The notes under the pieces were generated by a model. The model searched no databases. It saw only the letters and a list, made by a program, of their open reading frames with translations, and was not told the DNA's origin. A stretch of DNA of 64,000 bases from Phallusia mammillata (taxonomy: Eukaryota), in the NCBI GenBank assembly GCA_965637545.1, contig OZ281497.1, forward strand, positions 13,764,001 to 13,828,000. Direction: 5' to 3'. Below are positions 13,901 to 25,800 of the stretch, one piece after another. How positions within the stretch are numbered: the first letter of the stretch is position 1; each line of letters opens with the position of its first letter. The position numbers and the translations under genes were made by a program.

Positions 13901-16900
13901 AACTAGTCTATTTTTTTCTAATTAGTGTTTTAAAAATGCTGCGTCAGACTTTCGTATTGGCAATTCTTATAGCATCACATTTTTTTGTTTAGACGAAATC
14001 ACTGAGACAGTTTTCATTGAAACTTGGTTCCAACTCACCCGGCAATTTAACACTGGGACATTTTCTCGCTGGTTTGGCAAGTTACACTTTAACCATCGAC
14101 ATTTCAAGTGGCGCATTCGACACAAACAGGTTTTATGAAGCATCACCTGAAAACGAACCACAGTTTGATCTCTCGCTGCTTCCAGAATCCATACAAAGTC
14201 CTGTTTTGATTGAAATGTTCACCTCCACTGCCATTCAAGGTATAACTTGCGCTATCATGTGTGTTTTAAAATATGTATATTTTGCAGGTGTTTTGAAATA
14301 TGTATTTTAATCTAACGATTAGGCTGAACTGATTTTTTTTATAGGCGATGCGACAGACGACATAGAAGGAAGTGGAATAGTTAACGAAGAAAACCAACAA
14401 AAATTTGAAGAGAGAATGGTCGCAAAATACCTTCTACCAATAGTGTTTTGTCCATGTGACAACGAATTAGAATGTTTGTTCCAGGATGTAAGTGTTTGTT
14501 TTTGTCCAAATAGAATAGAGCGTGACGAAGTGTACGTTTTCTAATTATAAATCGTATGTTTATCTGAGTACATACGCTGTTTCATCAACCGTATTTACTA
14601 GTTTACGTGTATAATTTGAAATTACGTTTCAGATATTCTCTTACTATGAGTCTGTGTTCACAACGAATTAAACGCTTTCCAGCCCAGTTATTAATTATTT
14701 TCCAAAACATCTGTTGTCTGGAAAACAAGCCTTGCTTATGCAAATTTGTGTTATGTGTTACTTAACTATAACCTGCGGAAAACTACAGTGAACAAACGTT
14801 GACGAAAGCGTGTTTAAAAAATTGTTGTGTTAAAACTTTTAAATGTTTAAATCGCGCATCCTGCTCTTTATTGGTTTTAGTTCGCTCACATAACTAATTG
14901 CATACATTCTAAACTTTTCACTGCGGCCGGCGCGTGCCGCATAGTTTGCATGTCCTAGCGCTATTTTTTTTGGTGCGCCGATATATGGTGTTTCTACAAT
15001 CTCATTTAAAATCTGATGATGGGACTGTTTGTATTGTTAAATTGTATACTATAGGACCATAGGTAGTCGCAATGCTTGTATATTACGTCACAACTAACAA
15101 AATAAGGCAACGCGCCCCCTCTTGTCCCCCGCTGCGGAGGCCCATGCCCTGTTCTAAACAATGGAAAAGAGTATCGAATATAGCTTAAATAACGGTCTTG
15201 CCGAGTTGGTTTTCAAAACGTCAGGCTAACGTTCTGATTTATCTTTGAATTTATTAATTTAAACTGGGAGGGATATAGGTAGAAACAAATGTCATAGAGT
15301 ATCGACAAAAGTGCTTTTAATTTTCAAGGGTGACTTTGTCCGTGAAGCTTCCTCTGGCGTCCCGCTGCCTGATGGTGATTGGTTGAAAATTGCTTCTTGC
15401 CGATGCCCACCGTGGAAGTACGGAAAAATATGCCAATATGCAATGAATCCTTGTTCCGTTCATCCTTGTTTTACAGGTAAAATGACAGAAAAAAACTGTA
15501 AAACTTTACATAACACCAATTTTTTTTAAATAAATTCATGAAGCCGCCCTAAAATGATAAAAATGGTGATAAATTGCATGTATGAAACAAACATCTACAC
15601 ATTTTTTCTCTCGTATGTATGTCTAGATGTTGTCTGTTCACATGGTGAACAATACGACAACTTTTCCTGTGGAGACTGTCCGGCAGGAATGACTGGAGAC
15701 GGTGTCGATTGTGTGTCGCTATCATGTTCTCAAGACCAGATCGAAAAGTGTGAGCACACATGTGCAATTGTGGATGGTTTTCCAACTTGCGTTTGTGGTG
15801 TTGGTACTTTGCTTAATTCCGACAATTCCACATGCATGGGTCAGTACTTTGTAGTTTTCTTGTCCTGCTTCAGAACGTAAAATAATTGTAATCTTTTTTA
15901 GACATCGACGAATGTGGTTTTAGTAGGGAGATGTGCAATAAACCCTACTCAACATGTGAAAACACTTATGGAAGCTACTTGTGCTCATGTCATCAAGGGT
16001 TCATGCTGCAAGGTAGCCTAGTGTTATAGCGATGTTGTTACTAATGGTATATTGTGTTGATAAATCACTTCCAACTGTGATCATCATAATACAGGCGAAT
16101 ATTGTGTTGACCTTAACGAGTGTGATGGAAATAACGGAGGTTGTGAAATTCGGTGCGAAAACAATGTTGGAAGTTATGAGTGTTCTTGCACAGCTGGATA
16201 TCTTCTTGGAGAGGTGCGCAGTTTAATTACAGTTTTACGTTTTTGTTTTTGTTTTTCCACACATATATGTTGAGAACATTTTGACAACATAGGAATATTG
16301 ACAACATTCCATTCCAAAACGTCGGTTTTTATTTTCACTTAGATCAATGCTGTTGAATCATGTATAATGTATATTATTTTTAATAATTCATGCCAATTTT
16401 GTAAATTCGGTTCGTGAGATATTTTAATTTGATAATAATGATTTTTTTTCTAATATTTTTTATTATATCAGGCTGTTCCAGCATGTTGTTGTGTTATTAC
16501 CCATAATTGTATTTTTGCGTCAGGACAAGAAATCGTGTTTCGATGTGGACGAGTGCTCGTTTGCAAATAGATGTACACAAGGTTGTATTAATCAAGTGGG
16601 ACAATACAGATGTTTTTGTGATCTCGGGTATAAACTGGACGAAGATTTAATAACCTGCATCCGTAAGTTGTGTGTGATACAGTTTAATTGAACATATAAA
16701 ACTCAATTGTTGTTTTCTGTAGCGGAACAAGAATGTGACGAGAAAACAAAGTTACGGCATTGTAATTATCCGAATGCGGTTTGTGCCTTGACTGATTCCA
16801 ATAACCCTGTGTGCCGATGTACTTCTGGTTATACATTTGATGCTTCTGCACACATGTAAGAGTAAACTTAAGTGTCAAATCGCATGTAGAAAATGACATG

Positions 16901-19900
16901 CCCGAAACGTTTCGAAAAAAACATAACATGAATGTTATCAATTGAGATGAGAATTAGTTTTTATTTCGGTTGTACCTTAGAGCAGTGCTCTTCAACCTTT
17001 TTTGGTGTGGTGAACCCTTAAAGTTGTTGTGGCGAACTCATGCACCCTGTTTACTTAAAAGGTAAACTAATATAAAAAGCGACATGAAAAATCGTTATGC
17101 ATATCATCTTGGCAATTAACTCCAAGCATATGTTCGCGACTTCTCTATGAAACATCAGCGAAAAAACCAACACTCGATATCCTAACATCACCCGAATGTA
17201 ACACAGCCACTATCAAACTAGACACGGGGATAAACCATTGAACAAGTTTACCTGGGTTATTCATAAGTTGAAACCTACATCTTTTTTAATATCTTGAAAG
17301 TCAAACATTAATGGTTCATTAAAAGTTTGTGATGCACCCTTGTATACCTTTTGGTACTGGTACACCCCATGCATATTTTGGTGCACCCTAGGGTGCACCG
17401 TGCACACCGGTTGAAGAGCACTGCCTTAGAGAACCTACAGAATTTAGCGAATCCTGCAGCAAAGATTTCATACAGCTGTATTTTAAACTTACAGATGCCA
17501 AAATATCAATGAATGTTCTCTGTCGTTGGAATTGTGCTCGGAAAACTCAATTTGTGTTGACACAGAAGGAGATTTCTACTGTCGATGTGATGCTGGGTTT
17601 GAAACCATCCCGGAGACTGTCGGCTGTCAAAGTATAAAATCATTGCTTACACTAACACTATATGTTTAATTACCTCTCCTAGTTCGCACTTGTTCCACAT
17701 TACTTTACACTTGTTTTAACAACCACTATATACATAGCGAAATGACGAGTAGGCTACATAGAAATTGAAATAAAGAGGAAAAGGATGTGATGGTTGATAA
17801 ACAGTAATTAAGTTAAAAAGTAAATAAACAGCCAAACCTCGGAGGTATTTGCAGGACTGTAAAATAGTAAACAGAGAAAATAATTTTATAAAACCAACTT
17901 ATTTTTCTGCCAGACGTGAATGAGTGTGAAATCCGGAATGGAGGTTGTGATCAGATTTGTGTTGACGTGGTTGGTTCGTATTTATGCAAATGTGCGGATG
18001 GATACAAACTTACTGACGATGGAAGAAAATGTGAAGGTCGGTGCAGTCTATATTTTTCTAACTATATGCTATATGCGTTGTTGGTACACTTCGATTTTTT
18101 AGACCAGGATGAGTGTGCTTCGCAATATTCATCAGGGTGTGATGAGAATGCCATCTGCGAGAATCTACCTGGTTCTTACGTATGCCATTGCAAACAAGGT
18201 ACATGTTTTGTAATTTATTGTGAAGCAATAGGAAAGTTATCGTGCTGGCCATTAAGCTCATCTGAAAAACATATCCTGACAAGTATTTTCTGAAATTTCA
18301 GGTTTCATCGGAAACAACAATATGTGTAACGATGTGAACGAGTGTGTGTTTAGCAACGGAAATTGCCAGTTTGAATGTGAGAACACAGTTGGCGGACGCA
18401 AATGCTCCTGTCCGTTAGGATATATTCTCAATCCTGACTCCCGAAGCTGTCGTGACGTCGACGAATGCCTAAGACCGGAACTAAACACATGCGAAGGCGT
18501 ATCAATGTGTTCAAACTACATTCCTGGATATTCGTGCGTCTGCCCGACTGGACACAGAAAGATAATAGGAGAAAACACCACCACGTGTGAGCAAACTGCA
18601 GCTGCAAGGGCGAAAATTGAGAGCGACTTTGCACTCAGTGATCAATGCAAACGATGCCAATTCAGGTAATAGCCAGAACTATACGTTTAAATTCATGAAT
18701 AATCGCCAGCAGGTTTTAAATAAGCACAGCAATTGGTGCGGTTTTCGGAAAATGAACTTAGTCAAGTAAACTTTTATTTCATTCATTAAATTTGTCATTG
18801 TTGAAGTGTTACATAAAACAGCAAGGACACCGTATAAAAACATGGGTGATCGAGTCAAGCATTCTATTATTTGAATGGTGCTTGAACTGATGTGGGTTCG
18901 AAACTGACCAAACAACCTGGTGAAGTACAGCCGGTGGCATATTTATTGTGGTGCTCTGTTTTCTGGAAACAAGGAATAAAACTAAACTTTAACAATTTAA
19001 TATGCATGATATCCACTGTTTATTTGCAGCTGTGAAATAGTTGCAGTTTCAGCAAGGTGTCTCTGTCCCCAAGGATTCCGAGTGGGGACGATCGAAAACA
19101 ACGAACAAGTCACAAACTGCTACGATGTTGACGAATGTTTACAGCCAAACATGTGCGGCCCCAACGCACAATGTGTAAATGTTCGTGGTTCCTACTACTG
19201 TCAGTGTGTTTCAGGTGTGTAAGACTGATTTTTTGCAATTCAAGAAAACATAGGGTGCAGTTTTGTAGTATTTTGTGACACTGATTACACAGCGCCAATT
19301 GAAATATTACGCTACCACAGTACAATCCTTAGAAATCGGCTAAAACGGGTGGGGGGAAGTGGGATAATAAGTTTACCAATATATGTTATAGTTCCAGGAC
19401 CAATACCAATATATGGCTCGTTCAGGGTATTTTAGAGATACACCAATACTCATGAGAGTAAATTTGATTACAACTTAAAAAGTGTTTTGTCTAACTTTGC
19501 AATAAAATCTAGACTTGTATGAATTGGACGAAGATGGTTGGGCTTGCACGGACAATGCGGGTTCATGGGGCCACTGGAGCGACTTGTCACCCTGCCCCGC
19601 AAAATGTGATTACGGATTTAGATATAGAAATCGTACTTGCAACAACCCACCGCCCAGCAAAAATGGACTGAAGTGCAACGGATCAGCAGAAGATTATCGC
19701 CTATGCGCCGAGGAAGAATGTGAAGGTACATGTGACGAAAATACATCTGCAAATTTGTACAGAACTAGCAGATACTGGATGTTTTTCCACTTTCATGCAT
19801 GATTGAAAAGATTCATCAGCAATTCGATGACAAAACTGCGAAGTCGTGCAAATCTATGCACATTCCGTCTTTTTGGAACAGAATTACGCCTTTGTTGTTA

Positions 19901-20964
19901 TATTTTGATGCGCTCTTTTTTACACAGTTGATGTCATGGCCGAAGATTCTTCTGTCGAACTTGTAATCAACGCAAGTGTAATCGAGTGGGTTCTTCACAT
20001 TAAACCTGTTCTTTCAGTCTGGGTTGCTGATGCAGTTGATTCGTATTGCTTGGTAAGATTAACATATTGATATTTTACCATAACAAAACAATTTTTTTGA
20101 CAACTTGATAAGCCGTACTATTTTCTATTTGTTACTTTGATCTAATGCTACCAAGTGATTTTGCTTTTTTATTCAGGCAAATTTCGAGGAATGTTGTGGG
20201 TTTCCGTCTAGGAATGAACAGAATATCGTTAAAGGAAATTTTGCCTTGTTGGATAACACTGTTGTTCCATCGTTTCCTCAAAAACAAGGCAGAAATTTAA
20301 GGTAAAAGTATGTTTTTGTTTCACTTAAGAACCCGAAATGTACAATAAACTAATGACTTGCCTAATAAAAACACAGTAGTCAATCTATTCGACGTCACCA
20401 AGATGGTAGAGTGATTAGCGCAACAGTCTTGTGTTTCGAATCATAAGTTTGTGGGTCTTAATCCTGTCTAGCAAATGTGAGTGGCCTTTCGGTAAGCAAC
20501 GTTTCGCCACACACAAAGCCTATGCCGTTTATTAAAATTCATGTGTAGTAGCACATTGAACAACTTAGCTACATAAACTATTTTAGGTCACTAGGCAAAA
20601 ATGTTGACACGCTACACTTTATTTCAGAATAAAAGTTATAAGTAAGTGGTCCTGGCTGTCAGACTTCTGTTACTCCAATTCAGACCATCAATCCAGTCTA
20701 ATAAAGTCGAAACAGCCATGGCGATACTTGAAAGCTACAACTTTGCTATCGGCCATTAAAGATGCAAGCAACTCGAGCGACCATTCTATACTGGGACACG
20801 ATGTGGTGTCTTTAAAGCTCGGCAAAGTTCGAAAAGCCCCTCCTGTGTTTTCGGCCCCCATCCTGGGATCACTTTTCTCAATTTTGTTGTTTTCGTCCAT
20901 CATACTTAGTTACTTTTTGATCGCTACATGTAGAGATATTCGTCAACGAAAAACGTTTAAATAA
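138..20964 (+). CDS. Multi-exon giant type-I transmembrane protein, MUC4/SUSD2/Mesh-like (NIDO-AMOP-vWD core with EGF-Ca arrays and TSP1); 5' end lies outside the window
   Basis: Chain of GT-AG exons traced in frame across the junctions checked (e.g. 7938/8132 phase 0; 18665/19032 phase 2; 19214/19514; 20301/20628). Last exon 20628-20964 ends ...[36 protein letters not shown]. Some N-terminal junctions (about 1370-1870) were not resolved exactly. Confidence 0.85.
8132..10135 (+). other. Gene 1: EGF/EGF-Ca domains plus first TSP1 repeat
   Basis: [28 protein letters not shown]; [14 protein letters not shown]; [25 protein letters not shown]. Confidence 0.9.
10198..11100 (+). other. Gene 1: NIDO domain
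   Basis: LLVVATW...[24 protein letters not shown] matches the NIDO signature. Confidence 0.85.
11232..12025 (+). other. Gene 1: AMOP domain
   Basis: SCLKWS...; [11 protein letters not shown]; [11 protein letters not shown]...[12 protein letters not shown]. Confidence 0.8.
12374..13264 (+). other. Gene 1: von Willebrand factor type D domain
   Basis: [12 protein letters not shown]...PGHYVLLRS; CSGLLG...[10 protein letters not shown]...FENSW. Confidence 0.85.
15330..19725 (+). other. Gene 1: long EGF / Ca-binding EGF array followed by second TSP1
   Basis: Repeated D[IV][DN]EC...C.N..GSY.C.C exons (e.g. 15902, 16522, 17495, 17914, 18301, 19032); [25 protein letters not shown]. Confidence 0.92.
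16983..17423. mobile_element. Non-autonomous hAT (Charlie-type) MITE, 441 bp, in an intron of gene 1
   Basis: Perfect 15-bp TIR cagtgctcttcaacc / ggttgaagagcactg; perfect 8-bp TSD ccttagag (16975-16982 and 17424-17431). Confidence 0.95.
20398..20535 (+). mobile_element. Degenerate tRNA-derived SINE-like sequence in an intron
   Basis: ccaagatggtagagtgattagcgc...gtgggtcttaatcct; A/B-box-like and homologous to the minus-strand copy at 26412-26488; extent approximate. Confidence 0.6.
20628..20964 (+). other. Gene 1 terminal exon: transmembrane helix and ~10-aa basic cytoplasmic tail
   Basis: [24 protein letters not shown] followed by [10 protein letters not shown]. Confidence 0.9.
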
Positions 20965-21110
20965 GCGATGACCAGAGTCCGTCAAAATAAGCTGTGCTGT
21001 TTTTCAATATTGTGATCATGTTGTGATAGCTTGTGTAGAAAACACTTGTACAATAAATACTTCAAATATTGTTTGAGCATCCACTGCGATGTAAAAAAGA
21101 TCTCTTCTAC

Positions 21111-21172
21111 TCTTCACGCAAGATAGACTTTGACAGACATAGTCTTCACGCAAGATAGACTTTGACAGACAT
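21111..21172. repeat. 32-bp tandem duplication downstream of the gene 1 stop (copy 1 only)
   Basis: tcttcacgcaagatagactttgacagacat at 21111 and 21143; single copy in the duplicated region near 31823. Confidence 0.9.
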
Positions 21173-21671
21173 GGCATTGTTTAAAATGGAAAAATGTGTA
21201 CATCGGGGAAGTCCCCCAACTGCCCAGAAATGCACATCATGGAAATGTAAATCTACGTAACCTACCATGCGACGAACACTGCTTTTGGCACCATTTTACT
21301 CCCTCCATGAATTTGGTTTACTGTTATGGTTACTTGCTACTAAACATTACAAGTATTTTTATCTGTCAAATTGTGTCTCACTTTCTAATCGTTGTGTAAA
21401 ATTGTCGTAAAAATACACTCAACTACTTCAGAAAAGCAATGCGGATTTTCGCACATGGATTCCGAATTTCCGATATTTTGATCAGCATCATTTTTTGTAA
21501 TTTAGTTTAGGATATGATATGTGCAGTCAGTTGACATCAGTTCTATAGAACCGTCTCACACAATATTATGAGATTAGCGAACCGGTTAGCATTGCTGGGA
21601 TAAATAGGACTTTTGTGATAGAACCGGTTGACAAAAAATTTAAATCGTACCACTGTGACCACTGGAAACGT

Positions 21672-21956
21672 GGGTCACGTCTAAAACTGCGGGCCCACTT
21701 GGCCCGCTAGGCCCAGCACTTGGCACGCCCCATGCAATAAAAAAAACTGCGGGCCCGCAGTTTTTCCTTGCTAGAGCCGCGACAATCACTAGATATAGTG
21801 GGCCCGCGGTTTTTCCTGTGAGAGGCGGGCCAAGCACTAGATATAGTGTGCCCGCAGTTTTCACACTTGCGAGAAGCGGGCCCGCAGTTTTTTAATTCCA
21901 TCCATGAAGCGAGCCAAGTGCTGGGCCAAGTGGGCCCGCAGTTTTAGACGTGACTG
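21672..21956. mobile_element. MITE-A, 285 bp, GC-rich (MULE/foldback-like; superfamily uncertain)
   Basis: ~32-bp TIR gtcacgtctaaaactgcgggcccacttggccc; internal repeated gggcccgcag motifs; flanked by direct repeat ctggaaacg(t) at 21662 and 21957. Confidence 0.9.
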
Positions 21957-22136
21957 CTGGAAACGTTAGTTTATTGGAAAGTAGGGAAACTATTAGAATA
22001 ATTTTTATTGAATATCTTTCTAGTTCGATAAAATAAATAAACTTTCCAAATATTCCGGTCATGTCTTATAATCTGAAGTTGATTTGCTTGTTTAGATTTA
22101 AGGTTTTCAACACAAAACGTTTTCAAAAATCTTAAA

Positions 22137-22454
22137 ATGGAAGGTGTTCTGAAAAAAATAAAAATCCAAACAGGGGTAGTCAAGAGGATTGCAAAAGAGA
22201 AAACCATGTATGAACAGGAAGCGGTGACCATTCGACAACAGATTGAAGATATGAAAACAAGTGGCAAAGATGAATACGACATTAAAAAGAGAATTGAAGT
22301 TTTGGAGGAGTCTGAAATGATGGGCCCTGACTGTAATAGCCGTTTGAAAGTTGCAATAGAGAAGTTAACTGGCTTGGTTGAAGAAAATGAGGAGTTGAAA
22401 AATCAAGAAGTGTATAAAGTGGCCAAAAATTTACTGGTAGAAGTTATAAACTGA
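22137..22454 (+). CDS. TBCA: Tubulin-specific chaperone A (tubulin-folding cofactor A), intronless, 105 aa
   Basis: KKIKIQTGVVKRIAKEKTMYEQEA...DEYDIKKRIEVLEESEMMGPDC..RL is the recognisable TBCA family sequence; AATAAA at 22487. Confidence 0.96.
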   Translation: MEGVLKKIKIQTGVVKRIAKEKTMYEQEAVTIRQQIEDMKTSGKDEYDIKKRIEVLEESEMMGPDCNSRLKVAIEKLTGLVEENEELKNQEVYKVAKNLLVEVIN

Positions 22455-22813
22455 TGTGGATACTGTGATTATTATTTGTGTTTTATAATAAACACCAAAT
22501 TGTAGCAACAATATGTTTTTATAATTCCTTTATTTCTGTTGTCAAAAACGATATCTGTTGAATGTTATATGAAGTGTTTTAGGCTGATAGACATGCTGGT
22601 GCAAACCTAAGAAATAATTTTTATGAACGGTTAGCCTTGCATGGTACTGATTAATCATAACAGTTAATAATTTTAAATGTGTAGACCTGTTTTATAGTGA
22701 TATTCTCAAATTGAATGCAACCTATGTAGAAATGTATTGCTGTGGTCTATCTTCATGATTTGTTTTCGTAGGTCTGAAAACTTGTAATGGTAAGATTATA
22801 GAGAATTTAAACC

Positions 22814-25800
22814 ATGAAAAATTTAAAGTTGCTTTATAGAGAAAGGTTGCTTGTAAAGCCAAGTTCAAAGTTTTTTACAAACAACCATGAAGCATCAAAG
22901 TTCTTTATTGCTGATGATAACACAATCGAAGGATACAATGCTTTGGACATGCAAAAACTATTTGATTTGGATCTTAAAAACCCTATGTATGGCATTGATG
23001 CTTATAATTTGTGTATTGTTGGGTTGCAATTCATGTATGGCGAGGAACAAATTTGTGTTGCAATGCAGCATGGTGAAATAGCTCTTTGTAATATATTGGA
23101 TCAAGGCTTTGAAAGCACAGGGATGTTCGATTGCAAACTTAATTCAATGCACTGGAGCCCAGACCAAGAAATTGCACTTTTGGTGACTGATCGTGGTAGT
23201 GTGGTTCTGTTGACCCATGATTTTGACCCTATTCAGGAAATTGATATCAGTACTGACCAGTTTGGAGAGGGCAAATTTGTTAATGTTGGCTGGGGTAGCA
23301 AGGAAACACAGTTCCAGGGTTCAGCTGGAAAATATGTACCTGGAAAAACAGCACCTGCTGAAAAAACTTTATTTACTATTGATGATCAGGAGACTAAAGT
23401 TGAATGGAGAGGAGATGGTCAATATTTTTCTATTAGTAACCTTAATAACAATGAGCGGGAGGTTAGAATTTGGAACAGGGATGGTGAACTTCAGTACACA
23501 TGTGAGAAACTGGCAGGTCTAGAAAGTGCTTTTGCATGGAAACCATCTGGTGCTTTGATTGCCACAACTCAGCGCAAAGTCCATCGACATGATGTGGTCT
23601 TTTTTGAGTTAAATGGTCTACAACATGGTGAGTTTACACTACCATTTGACACCAAACAGGTAAATGTTCAAAGTCTGGCATGGAATGCAGACTCCAGTAT
23701 TCTTATGGTGATTGCACAATCAACCCTTCCTGAAGTTAACAAGACTTACCTTCAGCTATGGTACTGCACAAACTATCATTGGTCACTGAAGCAATGTTTG
23801 GAGTTTGATCGAAAAGTTAAATTCTCCTGTTGGGACAGTGAGCATCCATTTTCACTTCATGTTATTACAGGTGATGGATATTATTTAAATTATAAATGGG
23901 CTTGGATGATCGATGCCCAAGTGCCACCAATGACCATGAAACCAATCACATCAGACAGCACCAATACTTCATCTGTTGCTGTCATAGATGGAAATTTCAT
24001 TAAATTGACACCATTTGCAACGATGTCTGTTCCTCCACCAATGTGTGCACACCAGTTTAAGCTTCAAGATCAAGCTGCTGTGGTTTGTTTCTGCCAATCA
24101 AATGGTAGTTTAAATCAAATTGGTGTTTTAACCAACAAAGCACAGTTTTTAACACTAGAACCCTGTTCTGCCTCTGTGACATCTAATAAACCAGAATTGG
24201 GGTTTGCATGTGATGAAGGAACAGAATTATGCAATTTTGTGGTTGGTAATGTTTATGACCTCAACAAATGCCACAAGCAAATTGATTGGCAAACTGTGCG
24301 GCATCCAGTGTGGAGTGATTTTAATACTTTAATTGCTGCTGCTGCTACAAGATTGTCAAATAGTGATTGCCTTTTAATTTTGAAATTGAACGGAGATAAA
24401 ATTAGTTGTGAAAAAATAATTGATGTGGAGGGATTTGTGATTGCGATTACAACATTCTCGAACAATAAAAACTCTGTCCAAATTGTTTACCAAAACCATC
24501 ATGGAAAAATATTTCATTGTACAGACAATGATGGAATGCCAATGGAAACATCAGAAAACTTTAGTGGTAACATTCAGCTGCCTTGTCTTTGTCCAAGAAT
24601 GAGTGTGTGTTCTTTTGGTACAGAAATGGAGAACTCTACTGTGGGACTTCTTTCGTTATCTCCACAAAAGCAGTTGTTTCTAGACAATGTAATGATAAAT
24701 AGTGAGTGCACATCATTCGCAATCCACAGTAAGTTTGTTTTAATTACTACCTCATCTCACAAGCTTATTGCAATTTCAAGAAAAACCTCTTTTAATCAGC
24801 TTATTGATCTGTATTCAAAAACAACCCAAACAGTGGCTAATGTCATATCGGTCACAGAGGTTTCACGTTCTGTGGAGAGAGGTTCCACTATTGTTGTAGT
24901 TACACCATGGGCTACAAAAGTGGTACTGCAGATGCCAAGGGGAAATTTGGAAGTAATACATCCTAGACCACTTGTGCTGTCAATATTAAAAGAATTGCTT
25001 GATCTCGGAGAATACAAACAGGCATTTATGATAATGAGAAAACACAGGATCAATATGAATCTCTTCCATGACCACAATCCAGAACAGTTTTGCAAAGAAA
25101 TAGCTCGTTTTGTTAAACAACTTGACTCAACTGAATATCTTAATATATTTCTTAGTGATCTTCGCGAGGAAAATGTTACTACCACATTGTATCAGCAATA
25201 TTATCCCACTAACTCCAATGCTTTAGACTCCTTGTTAGCTGTAAAATCAAGCAAAGTTGACAAGCTTTGTGATTTGGTTCTTTCTGAGCTGACTAACAGT
25301 GAACAACACCTGTACTCAATTCTTACAGCCCATGTGAGAAAATCAAAACCTGAAATTGATGCTGCTTTAAACAGAGTTAAATCATTAAAAGAAAGTAATA
25401 AGCAACAGGTCAGTGGTGCTCTACAGCATTTACATGTGATGGTTGATGCCAGGGTTTTATACAGAGAGGCATTGGCAACCTATGATTTGGAACTAGCACT
25501 GATGGTTGCTCAGGTTTCAAATGATGATCCAAAGGAGTATATTCCATTTTTAAATGAATTGAAGCAACTTGAAATCAATTACATGAAATACAAAATTGAT
25601 ATGTTTTTAAATAAGTTTGTCAAAGCACTGGAAAACATTGCAAACTGTCCTGATCATTTTGATGAATGCACTGAGCTTATCAAATCCAAAGAGCTTTACA
25701 AGGAAGCAATGAATGTGTTTGACAGATTTAGTGCATCACACAAGGAAATTTGCAAACTTTATGCCGAGTTTTTGATATCGAAACAAAAATATAAGGAGGC

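Noticed and set aside
14880-15150. GC-rich patches resembling transposon ends (ggccggcgcgtgccgcatagtttg; gcggaggcccatg)
   Set aside because: No matching partner TIR or TSD found; at most decayed TE relics.
138-20964. Naming gene 1 fibrillin or MUC4
   Set aside because: No TB (8-Cys) domains and no PTS tandem repeat; only the family-level NIDO-AMOP-vWD assignment is supported.
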